Below, piece after piece: positions 42,960 through 59,600 of a stretch of 64,000 nt of DNA (the stretch's first letter is position 1; each line of letters starts with the position of its first letter). Origin of the DNA: Salpingoeca rosetta. Taxonomy: Eukaryota > Protista > Choanoflagellata. Both the position numbers and the translations under genes were made by a program. The stretch spans positions 504,318-568,317 of the forward strand of contig JAWQFM010000015.1 of assembly GCA_033442325.1 (NCBI GenBank), given 5' to 3'. The notes under the pieces were generated by a model. It was not told the origin of the DNA. It was given only the letters and a program-made list of their open reading frames with translations, and made no database searches.

Positions 42960-43917
42960 TGTGTGTCTGTGTGTCTGTGTGTCTGTGTGTGTGTGTGTGT
43001 GTGTCTGTGTGCGTCTGTGTGCGTCTGTGTGCGTCTGTGTGTGTGTGTGTCTGCGTGTGTCTGCGTGTGTCTGTGTGCGTTTGTGTGCGTCTGTGTGTAT
43101 GTGTGGGTTCATTGCCTGCCTGAGCACCTTCGTCTATGTTGCCGTATTTCCGCTCACATTTGCGCCCTTGTGCCTCGCATGTGTGCATGTGCATGTGTGT
43201 GTGTGCATGTGTGTTGGTGTGTGTGTGTACAGTGTGCATGTGTTGGTGTGTGTGTGTGTACAGACGTGGATGTGCCTGGACAGGTTCGCCAGCGCGGCAA
43301 CTCCATCTCCATCGCCGTCAGTTTCGGCATATGAATGCGCATGTTGATGTCCTTCATGTCACGTCTCAGTGCGAAACCGTGATGTGTTGTGTGTGTTGTG
43401 TTGTGTGTGTTGTGTTGTGTGTGTTGTGTGTGTTGTGTGTGTGTGTGTATGTCTATGTGTGTGTGTGTGCTTTGAGGTTGGCAGCCGTCGCAATTGCATG
43501 GATGCGTGCACCACGTGTATTTCCCCTGCCAGTGATGATCATGTTCATTGCTGTTGATTGTGTGTCGTGTCCCTGCAGGGTCTTGGAAGTACGGCTGAAA
43601 CCGACGACCACCATCCACAGCAGCAGCAACAGCAGCCGATGGCGACAACACAAGAAGAGGTGTGTGTGTATGCGTGCGTGTGCGTCTCTGTATGTTTGTC
43701 TGCCAACCGCATGGGCACAGCTCAAACCCACTTCCAAATTGAACACCTTGCTTCAAGTGCTATTTCGCTGATGGGTTGCATCACGCCTTACCCACTCTGT
43801 GTGTGTGTGTGTGCAGGAGGCGCCGCTGTCTCCGCTGAGCGATCGCAGCGATTCCGCATTTGGTTTTGGATTCGATGAACTCATTGATGACCTCTTCTTC
43901 AAGGTGATGATACATTG

Positions 43918-43971
<54 letters not shown>

Positions 43972-46642
43972 CGCTCGTTTCTCCGCGATTGAGTCGTTTG
44001 CTGATGCACACATACGCACGCACTCTCACCACAACCACCACCGCTACCACAACTCACCATCAACGAACAACGTTTGCTTTGCTGCAGTCCTCTGATGAGT
44101 CATCCCCCGCCTCCGCCCGCGCCGCCCTTCGCAAACATCGTGAGAACGCCATTTGAGACTGTTGCCTGCAGGCAACGCAACCTTTTTGTTCCGCTCTTGT
44201 GCGCCTTTACTCAGGCCATGCGCTCCTCCTAGCGCTTTGCTCACCTCACCACTTCACCGCCACCGCCGCCCAACGCCACCACAACTACCATCACCACCAC
44301 CATCGTCATCATCATGACATCCCACCCCCACCCCAAATCAGCGCGATCTGTGCGTCTGTCGCGCCGATTGAGCGCCGGCGACACTTCAGGCGATGACACA
44401 CCGGCAACGTCCCCGCACAGGAATACAAGCACACATGCTGGTCATGACAGTGGTCGTGGTGGTGATGGTCGTGGTGATGGTGGTGATAGTGATGGTGGTC
44501 GTGGTAATGGTGATGGTGATGGTGATGGTGACCGTGGTCGTGGTGGTGGTGGTGGTGGTGGTGGTGGTGTGCGTGGACGGTGGCACAGTGTTGAAGATGA
44601 GACGACGGATGACGATGAGGGCGATGGCGGGCGTGGATATATGTCCGTTCTCCCAGAGGCGGAGGGCGCAGACACTGACCACGATGATGATGATGGTGGT
44701 GATGGTGGTGATGGTGGTGATGGTGATGATGGCGGTGAAGCGAAGAGACGAGACACGGATGCGATTCTCGGGTATGGATTCACAACAGCAGCGGCAGCAA
44801 AGACGACGACGACGACGATGATGGGTGGCGTTGCCGTGAAGACTGTGGAGGAGGAAGTGCAAGACGCAGGAGAAGCAAACGCATCCACCGCACATGAGAA
44901 AGTGAGCCGTGCTGGGAACCTGTTGCTACCGGCCGGTGATGGTGATAGCAATGGTGGTGATGGTGATGGCGGTGGTGTGCGTGGCAAGACGCGTGGTGGC
45001 AGCATCATGCGTGTTGTGCGGAACACGAATCACGCGGAGGAATTGGCCCGGATCAACGGTAAGCGGAAACAAAACCAGGAGAGAACGTGTGTGTGTACGT
45101 CTGTCTGTCTGTATGTGTATGTCTGCGTGTATGTGTATGTCTGTCTGTCTGTGTGCCTGTGTGTGTGTATGTCTGTGTATGTGTGTGTGTGTGTGGTGGC
45201 TGGAGGATACACCGGGTGTTGTCGTTGTTGTTGCTGTCGACAAACACCCAAACGCGCGCGCGCACCTGTGTGAATGCCCCCCCCCCACTGTGCTCACCCA
45301 AACCACCATCATCCTCACCATCATCACTGCCACCACCACCACTTCCACGTTGACGCACGACCATCGTCAGCGCATACAGACACGGCAGCCACCAACGAAC
45401 CGCTCACAAAGGAGCAGGAGCAGAAGATGGCTGACGTAAGTCAATATGGTGGTGGTGGTGGTGCTGTTGTGTGGTGTGTGTGTCTGTCTATGTGTCTATG
45501 TGTCTGTCTGTGTGTGTGTGTGTGTCTGTCTGTGTGTGTGTGTGTCTGTCTGTCTGTCTGTCTGTGTGCGCATGTGTGTCTCTGTGTGTGTGTGTGTGTG
45601 TGTGTGTGTCTGTGTCTGTGTGTCTGTGCCAGTTTTGGCGTGTCAGGCCTACCCACGTCTTCTCACCGCCCGTCACTCCAATCATCGCCACTGTTGCGTG
45701 CAGACGGTCGAGAGCTTGGGCGACGCGGACGACCAATATGAACAGCTACACTACCGTACGTATCGCAATGCCTCGACCCATCTATATGTGTGTGTGCATG
45801 TGTGTGTGTGTGTGCTTCTGGCGCTGCCATGCATATCCCCCACCACATTTCCCTGTCTCTCACCGCAAAACACCATGAACATGTATGCAGTGAAAGAGCT
45901 GACATCTCTTCTGCAAGAAGATTCTCGTCTGCTGCAGGTGCATTGTCTTCCACCCACGCTGCAACTGTGCTTGTCATTGCGTGCGTGTGTGTGTGTGTGT
46001 GTTTGGATGTGTGTGTGTGTGTGTCACGGTGTCTGTGCTGATGCTGTGACATCTACGTGTGACTGTTATTGTGTCTGTTCTGGTTTGTGCGGTGTTGTGT
46101 TGTGTTGTGTGTTGTGTTGGCACATGTTCCCCTTCTGTTTGCTTCCTTCCCCCAACACACGAGCTCGTTGTTTGCTCACTGTTCTGCTTACACCTCACAC
46201 ACTGTCTGCTTCATTTCTTTCGCCACAGGAGTGCATTGACTGTGGGGGTGTTGTTGTCCTGAACGACCTCGCAAAGAACGAGGTGCGGTGATGACAACAT
46301 CAATGGCCGAACGAGACGTGTCTGTATGTGTGTCTGTATGTGTGTCTGTATGTGTGTCTGTGTGTGTATGTGTGTGTGTCACTTTGGCTCCATCACACCG
46401 CCTTACCTCCCCAATCACACTCTCACTCGTTACACACACACACACACACTTACACCCCCTTTGAACCTGCTTCACCATGGCCACAGGCGTTTGTCGCTGT
46501 GCAGATTGCTGCTGTTGATGTGATGACGATTCTTGCGCAACAGCACGCGTCCTGTCTCGAGCTCTCTGACGCAGGTGAGCACTGCCGTCGTTTGGGTGTG
46601 TGTCCGTGTGTCCGTGTGTCTGTCTGTGTGTGTGTGTGTGTG

Positions 46643-46697
<55 letters not shown>

Positions 46698-47773
46698 GTG
46701 TGTGTGTGTCTGTCTGTCTGTCTGTGTCTGTGTCTGTGTCTGTGTCTGTGTATCTGTGTTGTTGTGGGCGGTTATTCCCCTTCCGCTTGCCGTCGTGTGT
46801 CTTCTCGCATGTCTCGGGCGCTTCCCTTCTGCCCCCCCCCCTCCACACTACACACCCACCACACATTACCCCACATCACACCCCACACCACATCACACCA
46901 CCACCCCCCCCCCGGGTCAGGCTGCGTGTCGACATTGAAGTATCTGCTTGAGGCGTATTCTGTCGCCGAATCTGCAGCGCGTGCCCTCGTTGCCATCGCC
47001 AGGCACACAATCGACGTACGGGCGGTGATGCGGGGCTAGAGTGGCGGTGGTGCAGGTGATGATGGGAGGTGGAGCCGAGGGGTATCAACGCATCAACGCA
47101 TGCAACGCGTGCAACACGTGCAACACATGCAACACAGTCACGAGCACGCACTCGTAATCACGACAACGCACAAGCATGCACACACACACTCACTCTCTCA
47201 CATGCATACATACACCATACCAACACGCACGTGTGCGTCTCACCTTCGATCACGCGTTCCATGTCGCAGATTGTGGTGCTAACGGGCGTACTGCCGAAAC
47301 TGGTGGCACCAATGCCACGGTTCGACGTGCAACTCATTGGGGATGTTGTGTCGCTGCTGTACGCGTGCCGTCGCAACCACGCAGCCGCACTCGCCCGCGC
47401 ACACGCCGTTGACCCCCTCCTCACGGCACTGCCAGGTGGGCGGAGGAGAGGGGCGGGAGGGTGTTGGCAGTCGAGGGTGGTGTGTGTGGTGTGTGTGAGT
47501 GTGCGTGTGCGTGTGCGTGCGTGTGTGTGTGTGTGTGTGTTTGTTTGTTTATGTGTCTGTCTATCTATGTATCTGCATGTGTTTGTGTCTGTGTTGCAGA
47601 GAGAATGCTCTTTGTTTCGCGTTCCTGACCCATCTGCTCGATTCTCACCATCAACCACTGCCCCCACAACCCCCTTCAACCTCTGATCAGCCCTGACAGC
47701 CGCTGGCGACGAAGAGTCCGTGTTGATGGCGCTGCAGGTCATCGCCGCCATCAAAGCCCGCACGCCGTACGTA

Positions 47774-47816
<43 letters not shown>

Positions 47817-47864
47817 ATTGTTGTTGTTGTTATTGTTGTTGTTGTTGTTATTGTTGTTGTTGTT

Positions 47865-47899
<35 letters not shown>

Positions 47900-48098
47900 G
47901 GATGTTGTTTCAGTTGTTGTTGTTGTTTCAGTTGTTGTTGTTTCAGTTGTTGTTGTTGTTGTTGTTGTTGTTTCAGTTGTTGTTTCAGTTGTTGTTTCAG
48001 TTGTTGTTGTTGTTGTTTCAGTTGTCTTTCTGTGTGTGTGTGTGTGTGTGTGTTTCTCTCTGTCTCTCTGTCTCTCTCTCTCTGTCTCTCTCTCTCTC

Positions 48099-48185
<87 letters not shown>

Positions 48186-48325
48186 AGCGGGATTGCGTCT
48201 GCTTGTTCCAGCTCACGCGTCTCCTCGTTATGTTCTCTTGTTCAGTGCTGTTGTTGCGCCGTTGCTGAAACTGCCACTCGCTGACAAGGCGCTTGCCCCT
48301 CTCAAGGTATTGCACATGTATCTGC

Positions 48326-48358
<33 letters not shown>

Positions 48359-48549
48359 CGTGCGTGTGTGTGTGTGCGTGTGTGTGTTTGTTTGCAGTGC
48401 TTGTTTGTCTATGCTTTTCATTCTCGCCCTCCACCCTTTGTCGCCACTCACCTGCTGCTCGTTCCTCCTGCTCATGTCCTCACTGCAACAATGTGCAGAC
48501 ACACACCAATCTTCGCATCAGGGACGCAGTGTCATCTCTGTTGGCATAA
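39980..48549 (+). CDS. Large multi-exon protein: low-complexity S/R/D/G-rich N-terminal two-thirds and armadillo-like repeats at the C terminus
   Basis: Long exons at ~40366-41826 and ~44340-45058. C-terminal exons [57 protein letters not shown] and [11 protein letters not shown] are ARM-like; ends [11 protein letters not shown]. Could be two genes. Confidence 0.6.
47776..48020. repeat. (TTG)n trinucleotide repeat with TTA/TTCAG interruptions, intronic
   Basis: Seen directly. Confidence 0.9.
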
Positions 48550-48810
48550 CCACAGCTGCTACATTACAATGACCTGTTTTGGTTTGTTGGGCTCTATACA
48601 TACATGCGCAATTACACGCAAACCCACAACACATCTTTGATTCCATTCTCCACTGTTTAGTTTTTTGCTTGGCTGTTCGCCTGATACACGAACAAATGTG
48701 CATCTGAGAGCACGAAAGGGAGTGAGTGTGTGTGTATGTGAGAGAAGGAGAGAAGGTGTGTGTGTGTGTGTGTGTGTGCGTCGATGGTGTGTGTGGTCGT
48801 CGTGTGACCG

Positions 48811-48860
<50 letters not shown>

Positions 48861-49493
48861 ATGGCTCCTGCTGAGTCATCGCTTGGGAAAAGAAGGAACC
48901 ACAAAAGAAGCAGCAAAATCCCCACACGCACACACACACAAACACACACAAACAAAAACAACGACACGACGACGTGGAGCGCCTTTTCTTGTCTTGTCCT
49001 GCTGTCGTCCTGCACCATCACCACACACGCCCACACGCACACACACACACGCACACACACGCACACACACACACGCACGCACGCACACACGGCGCGGTGG
49101 TGTTGTGGTAAGTCAGTCGCCGATGCGTGGCAGGTGCACGCTTGCTGACGATGTCCTGGTACTCCTTGACCTGTCCGCAATACACATGCACGTCGCGTTC
49201 TGCAACTTGCTTGGTTGGTTCGTGTGCGGTCATCCCACCGCCCACAAGAAGAAGAGTCATCGACACGCTAACGTGCTTGCACCTTTGCCCTTGTGGTGTG
49301 CATGGCTTTTCAGGTTCGCAGGTAGCACAAGGGGCATCAGGCTCTCCATACGTGGGGCTCTTCTTTCGTTACCATCCGCAGTAGTGACCATCGACAACAA
49401 CCCCAGATCAACAGCACGCGGATACACACGCCGCGCATTTATTCCGCACCAAGACACAATCGCGCCCACAACACACTCGACGAGGACACGACA

Positions 49494-52152
<2,659 letters not shown>

Positions 52153-52677
52153 ACGCACGTGCACGTGTTGGTACATGTTTGCTTGATTGTCGTGTGTGAT
52201 TGTTTTGTTGGGTTGTGATCTGTGATGCGTTTGTGGATGCATTTGGGCATGTTGCACACGCGCTTTGGTGTGTCTGTGTGTCTGTGTCCGTGTGTGTCTG
52301 TTTGTCTGTGTGCATTTGGAGCACAGCGTTGCAAGGACAGCCGCGTTGCAAGGACAGCTGCTGTCCCGTGAATTGCTTCACTGCCTTGCCTGATGATGTT
52401 GCTGTTGCTGTGTTCCTGTTGCTTTCCAACCCTTATTTGCTGCTGTTGCTGGACTGTTGATGTGGAGCGCGTGCACATGTGTGTGTGCGTGTGTGTGATG
52501 TGATGTGATGAACACAATTGCACCTCGCTCTGCTGTGTACGCTTTTCCCTTGTTACCTTTGCATTGGCGTGGTTTTGGTGTGTGTGTGTGCGCCGTGTCG
52601 CGTTTTGTTAGCAGTAAACGCAAATGACGCAAGCGAACATGTGGTTGTGTGTCTGTGTGTGTGTGTGCGTGTGTCTG

Positions 52678-52717
<40 letters not shown>

Positions 52718-53645
52718 TGTGTCTGTGTGTGTCTGTCTGTGTGTGTGTGTGTGTCTGTGTGTCTGTGTGTCTGTGTGTGTCTGTCTGTGTCTGTATCTGT
52801 GTGTGTCTGTGTGTGTCTGTGTGTCGTGTCGTCACATTGTGCTGATGTCAGCAATAAATTCAACAAAGACAGACCACTTCCATGTGACACACAAAAAGCA
52901 GGCACGCAGGCCAGCAAAGCAGCAAGCACACCCACCAGACTCACCACACCCATCTCAGGTGACAAGCCTACACTCGTCGAGTCGTCGACAACGCTGCTGC
53001 GTTCTGTCCCGCCTTGAGCACTTTTGGAGGTGACTGGGATTTCCTTGAGCACAAGCGCTGGCGCAACGAGGGAACAACAAAAACAAGAACAAAGAGAACA
53101 AAGAGACTAGCACCGCACTGCGTGCACTGGCGCAGGCCTGCGCACTCATCAGTGAACAGCGCAGCCTCACCCCCTGCTGCTGCTGGTGACACACCAATAT
53201 TCCGCTCTGACTCACGACATTATTTGCATGCGGGACACCACCCAAAGGTCTGCATGCCTCTCTGACAGACGCAGACACAACAATCCACCATGGGAATTGT
53301 CGACAAGCAGACGCCACGCACACAAAACGTCCTGCACACAAGAGGACACAACGCAGCACCAACCTGAGTTGACACACAGTTTGGTGGCAGTGGATGAGTT
53401 GGCATCTGCACTTCTGTTCATTTTCCTTCCAGCACTCCAAGCAAGCACTCTGAGCACTGAGATTGCGATCGCTTGAGACTTCTGCCGACAGCAAAGCAAG
53501 CAAGGAACACACACAAAACACCCCAGCAAGGAACAAGGAAGAAGCACCTCACTGCTTCACCTGTCTACCTGTCTACCTGTACGCCGCCACGCAAAACGGC
53601 CTCAAGCCTTTCAACCAGAAGGACCCAACAGGACCTTGAGCGAGA

Positions 53646-56600
53646 ATGCCACCAAAACGCCCACCAACGGGGACGGGTCGCGGTGCGGACCAGCGCGATC
53701 CACCGCCGCCATACCAAGAGACCCAGCAGCAGGAACAATCGGATGCTGTGCCTACAGGCACACGCACGCCCGCGGCGAACGCGCCATCGTTTCACCCTTC
53801 CCGCCGCACGACCCGGGAGGCGCAGGAGGCTCACCGCGCAGATCATCAGCATCAGCAACAAGACCCCCCACAACAGGACCATCACGACGGCGAGGAGGAC
53901 GAGGACGTGGATCTGGAGGAGGAAGAAGCCTCGACCACTGACGTGCCCGACCAGGATGCCACAGGCGACGCAAGCAACAAGCGTTACATGCTTGAGCCGA
54001 TGGAGGACGTGAAGCGACGTGTTGAAATTGCCCCTGCCTCGACTCAGAAGTTTATGGAATACCTCAAGGTCAGTTCCAGCATGTGCGCATACGCTCTGTG
54101 TGGTGTGTTCTCTCTCTCTCTCTCATACGCACTCCTCTCTATCTGTCCTTCTGCTTGTATGTGTATGTGTGTGTATGTGTGTGTGTGTGTACGTACGTGC
54201 CTACATATACAACCCACTCCCCTGCTTCCATACAACCACCGAACACACACACTTAACACATACCAAACCACCTCGCTGCTGTGTTCAGGTGCTCCTCGTT
54301 CTGCTCGTGACGGCCGCCGGCGATCCCACGGACAAAGCCCAGCTGCTGGAGACCCTCAAGGATGCCAGGCAGCGTGCCGAGGAGGAGCGCTACCTCCCCT
54401 GCGATTTGGACGACTTTGACCGCATTGGCCGTGACATCGAGGATGGTCAGTTCAAGGAGGCCCTTGCCAAGACAACGCTGCTGCTGAAGGTCATCCGCCC
54501 ATTCGATATCCACATGACACAGTATCTCATCGACCAGAGTCGCGTGTATGCGGAGGCGATGAAGAACAAGAACGTCGTCGTCTTCCTTGGTCGATCGGGC
54601 GGCGGCAAATCCACCTCCCTGCTCTATCTCTCTGGCTGCACGATGATCCAGCGTACCAACGCCTATCGCGACATTGGCCCTGCCCCTGGCGCTGCTCCTG
54701 AGGGCTTCAAGGTCAATGGCAACCCTGAAAGCGAGACGGCTTTTGTGCGTGGTGTTCGCTTGTCAGCCGATTACCTTGAAGAACATGGTGTGATGCTCGC
54801 AGATGACGACACAGACGTCCTGATTGTGGACACGCCAGGTTAGTTGCAGCTTTGCTGTTTCGCACCCAATACACGCACACACACACACACATACTCCCGC
54901 ACACACACGCACATACACACGCACATACACACGCACACATACACACACTCTCTCTCACAAGCAAGCTTGATTCACACTTGTGTCCCCACCTCGCCCCACT
55001 AACTCACTAACTGCTCCCCCACCCCCACCCATTCCACAACTCAATACACAGGCATCGGCGATAACTGCGGTGCAGAGATCGACGTGGCCAACACCATCGG
55101 CATCCACCACGCCCTCAAGGCATGTAATGGCTTCTGGCCGGTCATCGTCGCTTCCAAGGATGGTGGCCCCAACGGGGAACTGACCAAGGCAAGCCTGCAA
55201 GTCGCCTCCAACCTCTTCAAGAGCATCAGAAGCGTCAACCAGCAGCTCTCGTTCCTCTTCACCAAGTACCAGAGCGTTGACGAGCATGACGCAATCGCTG
55301 AAATGTTCAAGGTGTTCCAGGAGCAAGCACGGGAGCGCCCTAGTGATGATCCGTATCGTGTCATCGTCCGCGTCATCGCCGCCAAGCTCAGGCAACTCAA
55401 GAGTCGGAGACAAGCCGGAGATGAGATTGTCCTCCCTCTCGAACCAGATCGCATCGCAATCCACCTCAGCGACATCTTCAACAAGCAACCCATTGCCCCG
55501 TTTAGCGTGGCCGACCACCCATCCCTCCTCTCCACCTCGGAGGCAGCCATCGCTGACCAGGCCCGCCTCAACATCGCCGCCATCCAGTTTGCCATGGAGC
55601 GTGGCGAGCACAAGCTCGCCGTTCAGCGCGTCAAGGAGCTGCAGGGCCTGCAAAAGGTGGTGTCGTCCGAGGAGGTGACGCGGGCCACAAAGAACGCCCA
55701 GCAGGCGATTGTGCAGCATCTCACGCGTGAGTTCAACGCTGTGGTGGAGCGCATCAACGAGTTCAAGGATGCTTCCACCGGCTTCATTGCCGTGGACGTG
55801 CTGGACACCCTCACCGCCATTGGCGACGCCACCCGCTTCTTCCAACGCGAGCTGCCGAACCTCGACCTCTCCGCCGTCTCTGCAGAAGTGACGGCCTCCG
55901 CCCTTGGCGATCTGGTCAACACGCTGCAGCGGGACGTGGGCCGCGCTGAGCTCTCTGCCCACGCGCGCGTCAACCAGGCCAACAAGCTGCGCACCCTCGT
56001 CGGCGCCATCAGCAGCATCCCTGCCGAGCGGTACGAGAGCGCCGTGCAGGGCCTGGCAGATGAAGTGCTTTCGATGCAGCGGCGTGCCGTGGAGGCGCTC
56101 GAACAGCGGCAGCTGCACGAGGCAGGCGAGCTGAGCACAGCCACACTGCAGGCTGCAGACGCCTTTGCCGCCCACCTCGACGCCACCCGCACGGGCCAGC
56201 TGACAGGCGCCAGCGTGGGCTCCGGTGGCGCCGGCAGCAGCGGCAGCACATCTTCTTCAACAACAACAACAACAACAACAACAACAACGACGACGACGAC
56301 GACGAGCACTGCCAGCAGCCAGAAGACCAGTGCCAGCAGCCTTCCTCAGCAGGTGGGCGAGTTCACCGGCCAAGTCGAAGTCGAAGCAGAGACCGCCCAG
56401 TCAGCGTCGCAGCGCATTGCTCCCTGGCGGGGGGCATTCATCAAGTCCCTGCGTGCTGCCGTGCATCGCCCTGTTGACCAAGCCCGCCACACGCTGACCG
56501 ACCTCACCCCAAACAACTTGGGCCTGAAAGGACAGACTGCTGTGGATGCGCTGGCAACAGCGCTGGCCCTCATCACCGATGTGCAGAAGACGCCCCAGCT

Positions 56601-59600
56601 TGCAGCCGTCATCGGCGCTCAGCAGCTGGAGTCACTGCTCGACCAGCTTGTGTTCGTGTGCGACGAGCATCTCACCCACATCATCGACGAGATTGCGGAA
56701 GTGTGCCAGCAGGACCTGACCGACGCCCTTCAGCAGGCAGAGCCGCTGGTGCTTCACCTCATTCGGTTCCGCGACCTCCCCTCCGTGGATTTGGCGCGCA
56801 AGTACACCCGTCATGAGGCCGCAGCGCGTACAGAGGTTGGCCGGGTCGTCGGCACCGCCCAACAGCTCGTGCGTGACATTGTCCACAATGCGTTTAACAA
56901 TCACGACGACAGTGGCATTCACTGCTCGCTGCCAGCCCTGCTGGCCTCGCTCAAGGCCGCAACGTATGCCAACGAACTGCAGGCTGGCATGATTGACAAG
57001 GCCACCGACAAACTCATCGGCAGTGTGCGAGATGAGGCGTACCAGTTTGAAGCAAAGGCCACGCGCTTCCCCATGCAGCTCGACAACCCCGACATTGTTC
57101 CCGAAGTGGCGGAGGCCATCACCCAGCTGTCCAGTCTGCGCGCACTCGGCAGCGTCCTCGAAGGCATTGATGGGAGCTACACAAAGGCCATCGACCACGT
57201 TACAGAAGGTGTCCAACGCATTGTGGATGCAGCCAAGGAGTTCTTTGCCAAGGTCCCAAAAGACATCGCATTTGACAACCCTGCAACGGGCGGTGACGAA
57301 GACGTCTCGAGCACTTCACCATCGACCACGCGCCTTGACTTCCAGCTCGACCTGAGACGTGTGAACCGCATCCACCACTTCCTCCACAAGGCGACCAAGG
57401 AGTCCCATCTCAGTCTCTACGTTGCCAGCATCAACGCCTTGAAGAACGTCTTGGAGGAATCCATGGCCAACTACGGAGCGTACATTCGCCGCTGCCTCTC
57501 TCATCTTTACCACAACGTGCTCGAAACGTTTGTGAACGATGCGGCTGAGGATGCAGTGGCTGCCACCAAACGCCTGAGGATGGCTTGCCTCACGCTCCAG
57601 ATTCGACTGGAGGAGTTGCAGCGCATGGAAGATCAGTTCCCAGAACTGCATGTGCTGGCGTTCCAGAACCCGCCACAAGAGCTCCGCACCTTGGGTCAGG
57701 ATGCAGCAACCCGAGATACGGAGTGCCGTCAATTTAAGCAGGACGGACGACTCAATGAACTGCATCGCCACGTGCTGGCTGCAGGCATCTTGCGACAGCT
57801 CGACGGCGTCCTCGGGGGCGCCATCACGTATGCCCAGCTCTACAAAGAATTTTCTGGGGAGGTTGCCGACTTCAGGGACAACGCTGTGCAACAACTCACG
57901 CAAGCCGTGGAGGCGCGCGATTTCCCCCGGGCAGCGACCTTGCTCAAGCAGCTTCACGACACAAGCACCCAAAAGCGGCCAACGTTGGACCAGTCCATCA
58001 TCACTGCAGTTGATGCAACCTACGCCAACTGCCTGAAGCGTGCTCACCAGATCACCTACGTTAACAGCGAGAGGTCGCGTCTGCGGCGGTTCGAGGAACT
58101 GCAGCAAGCCCTCAACATGGCAAAATCGACCAAGCAGCTGCAGGCGCCCGGCCTGAAGCTCGTTACCGCAGAGCAGGCAGAAGAGTGGGAGAAGAAGATC
58201 GCTGCCGTGAGGAACACAGTGAACACATTCCTAACAGATGAGTGCGACCGAGTGGAAAACGACATGAAGCGATGCTGCTTCGCCGAGGCCCAAACCCAAC
58301 TGCAGGAGCTTGCTTCCTGTCTCCAAGCTGTTGAGCACGAGCTTGAGGGCTTGGATGAAGCACACGCGCGCATCAGCGACCTCAAAGCAAGCATTCTCAG
58401 GGGCCCCGAGGAGGCTGTCGCTGCGTTTGAGGGCCTGACATTGGAGAAGGCCATCAGCAACCCGCCGCAGGTCTTGGCACACCTTGCCAAGGAGAGCGCT
58501 CAGGTGAAGGCAGCCGTGAACCAGCGTGTGATGAAGCTGCTGACAGACTTTAAGGCCCGCATGTCCAGCGACGATGTGATGAGTGTGAACCTGGAGGTTG
58601 TGATGCAGCACCTGGAGCACTTCAAGGAGCTGTGCCCTGATGACATGCAGAAGCAGGTGACTGCGACATCGGATGACATTCTGGCGACGCTTCGCCAGCG
58701 CATTGTATCACGGGCGAGCGAGCTCAAGGAGCGGCTTGACCACGACGACTGGGATGGCCTCAAAGCTGACGTTGGGCTGATGCGCAAGCAGCCTGTGGGC
58801 CAGCTTGCCAACACCATCAACGCGCAACTCACGTCCAAGGTTGACGGCATCGCCGAGGACGCCTTCCAAGCGCTCGAGGACCGCAGACAAGACCGGCAGC
58901 TCCTCAAGGTTGTGAAGCGCCTGGCCAAGTGCAACGAGATTGGCGTGCCGACTGCAGCGGCCAAGCTGAAGGCCATGGTGCAGCAAGCGACATCGAAGCT
59001 GGGCGTTGAGCACCAAACCATGGCGCACGTGTTTGCCTCGCCCCAACTGACGGAGCCAGGCATTGCCCGTGACGTGTCCCAGGACTTTGCAAGGAGCGTG
59101 GTGCGCGCCCTCTATTTGGAGAGCAGCATTCAGCTGGCAAGCAACTCCATCAAGAAAGACAGGACAACTGGCGGCGGAGGCAGACTGCAGCGTCGCGAGA
59201 CGGACGATGGTGCGTCTGTGCTCGAGGACCTCCGTGCATGGGCAGTGAAGTGCTCGAAAGATGTGGCCAAGTTGCAGCAGGACGTGGGCCATCTCAAGAC
59301 CGCGCTGGCAGAGCTGGAGCCCTCCAAAGTGGACTGGAACGCCTTTGCATCCGTCAACACGATGATGCTGTCGCACCAGTGCGGGCTGGTTGCATGCACT
59401 GGTTCGGAGCTTGCCCGCCCCGCAAAGGAGCTTCACATCGCACCAGCTGTTCTGGAGGAGTGCCAGAAGTGCAAGCAGTCGCTCGATGCAGTCGTGTCGG
59501 AGCTGGATGACGTGACATCAAAGTGGTTCGACGAGAGCATGGGCATCAACGTGCTGGATGACCAGTACAATGTCAACTCAGAGGAGATGCGCAAGGCATA

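Noticed and set aside
46316-46378. Tandem 12-bp units and other regular repeats as CRISPR or transposon ends
   Set aside because: No unique spacers, cas genes, transposase or terminal repeats anywhere in the window; these are degenerate microsatellites.
52955-53550. Short ORFs between the RING gene and the giant gene
   Set aside because: No motifs or consistent splice pattern; more likely promoter or 5' UTR.
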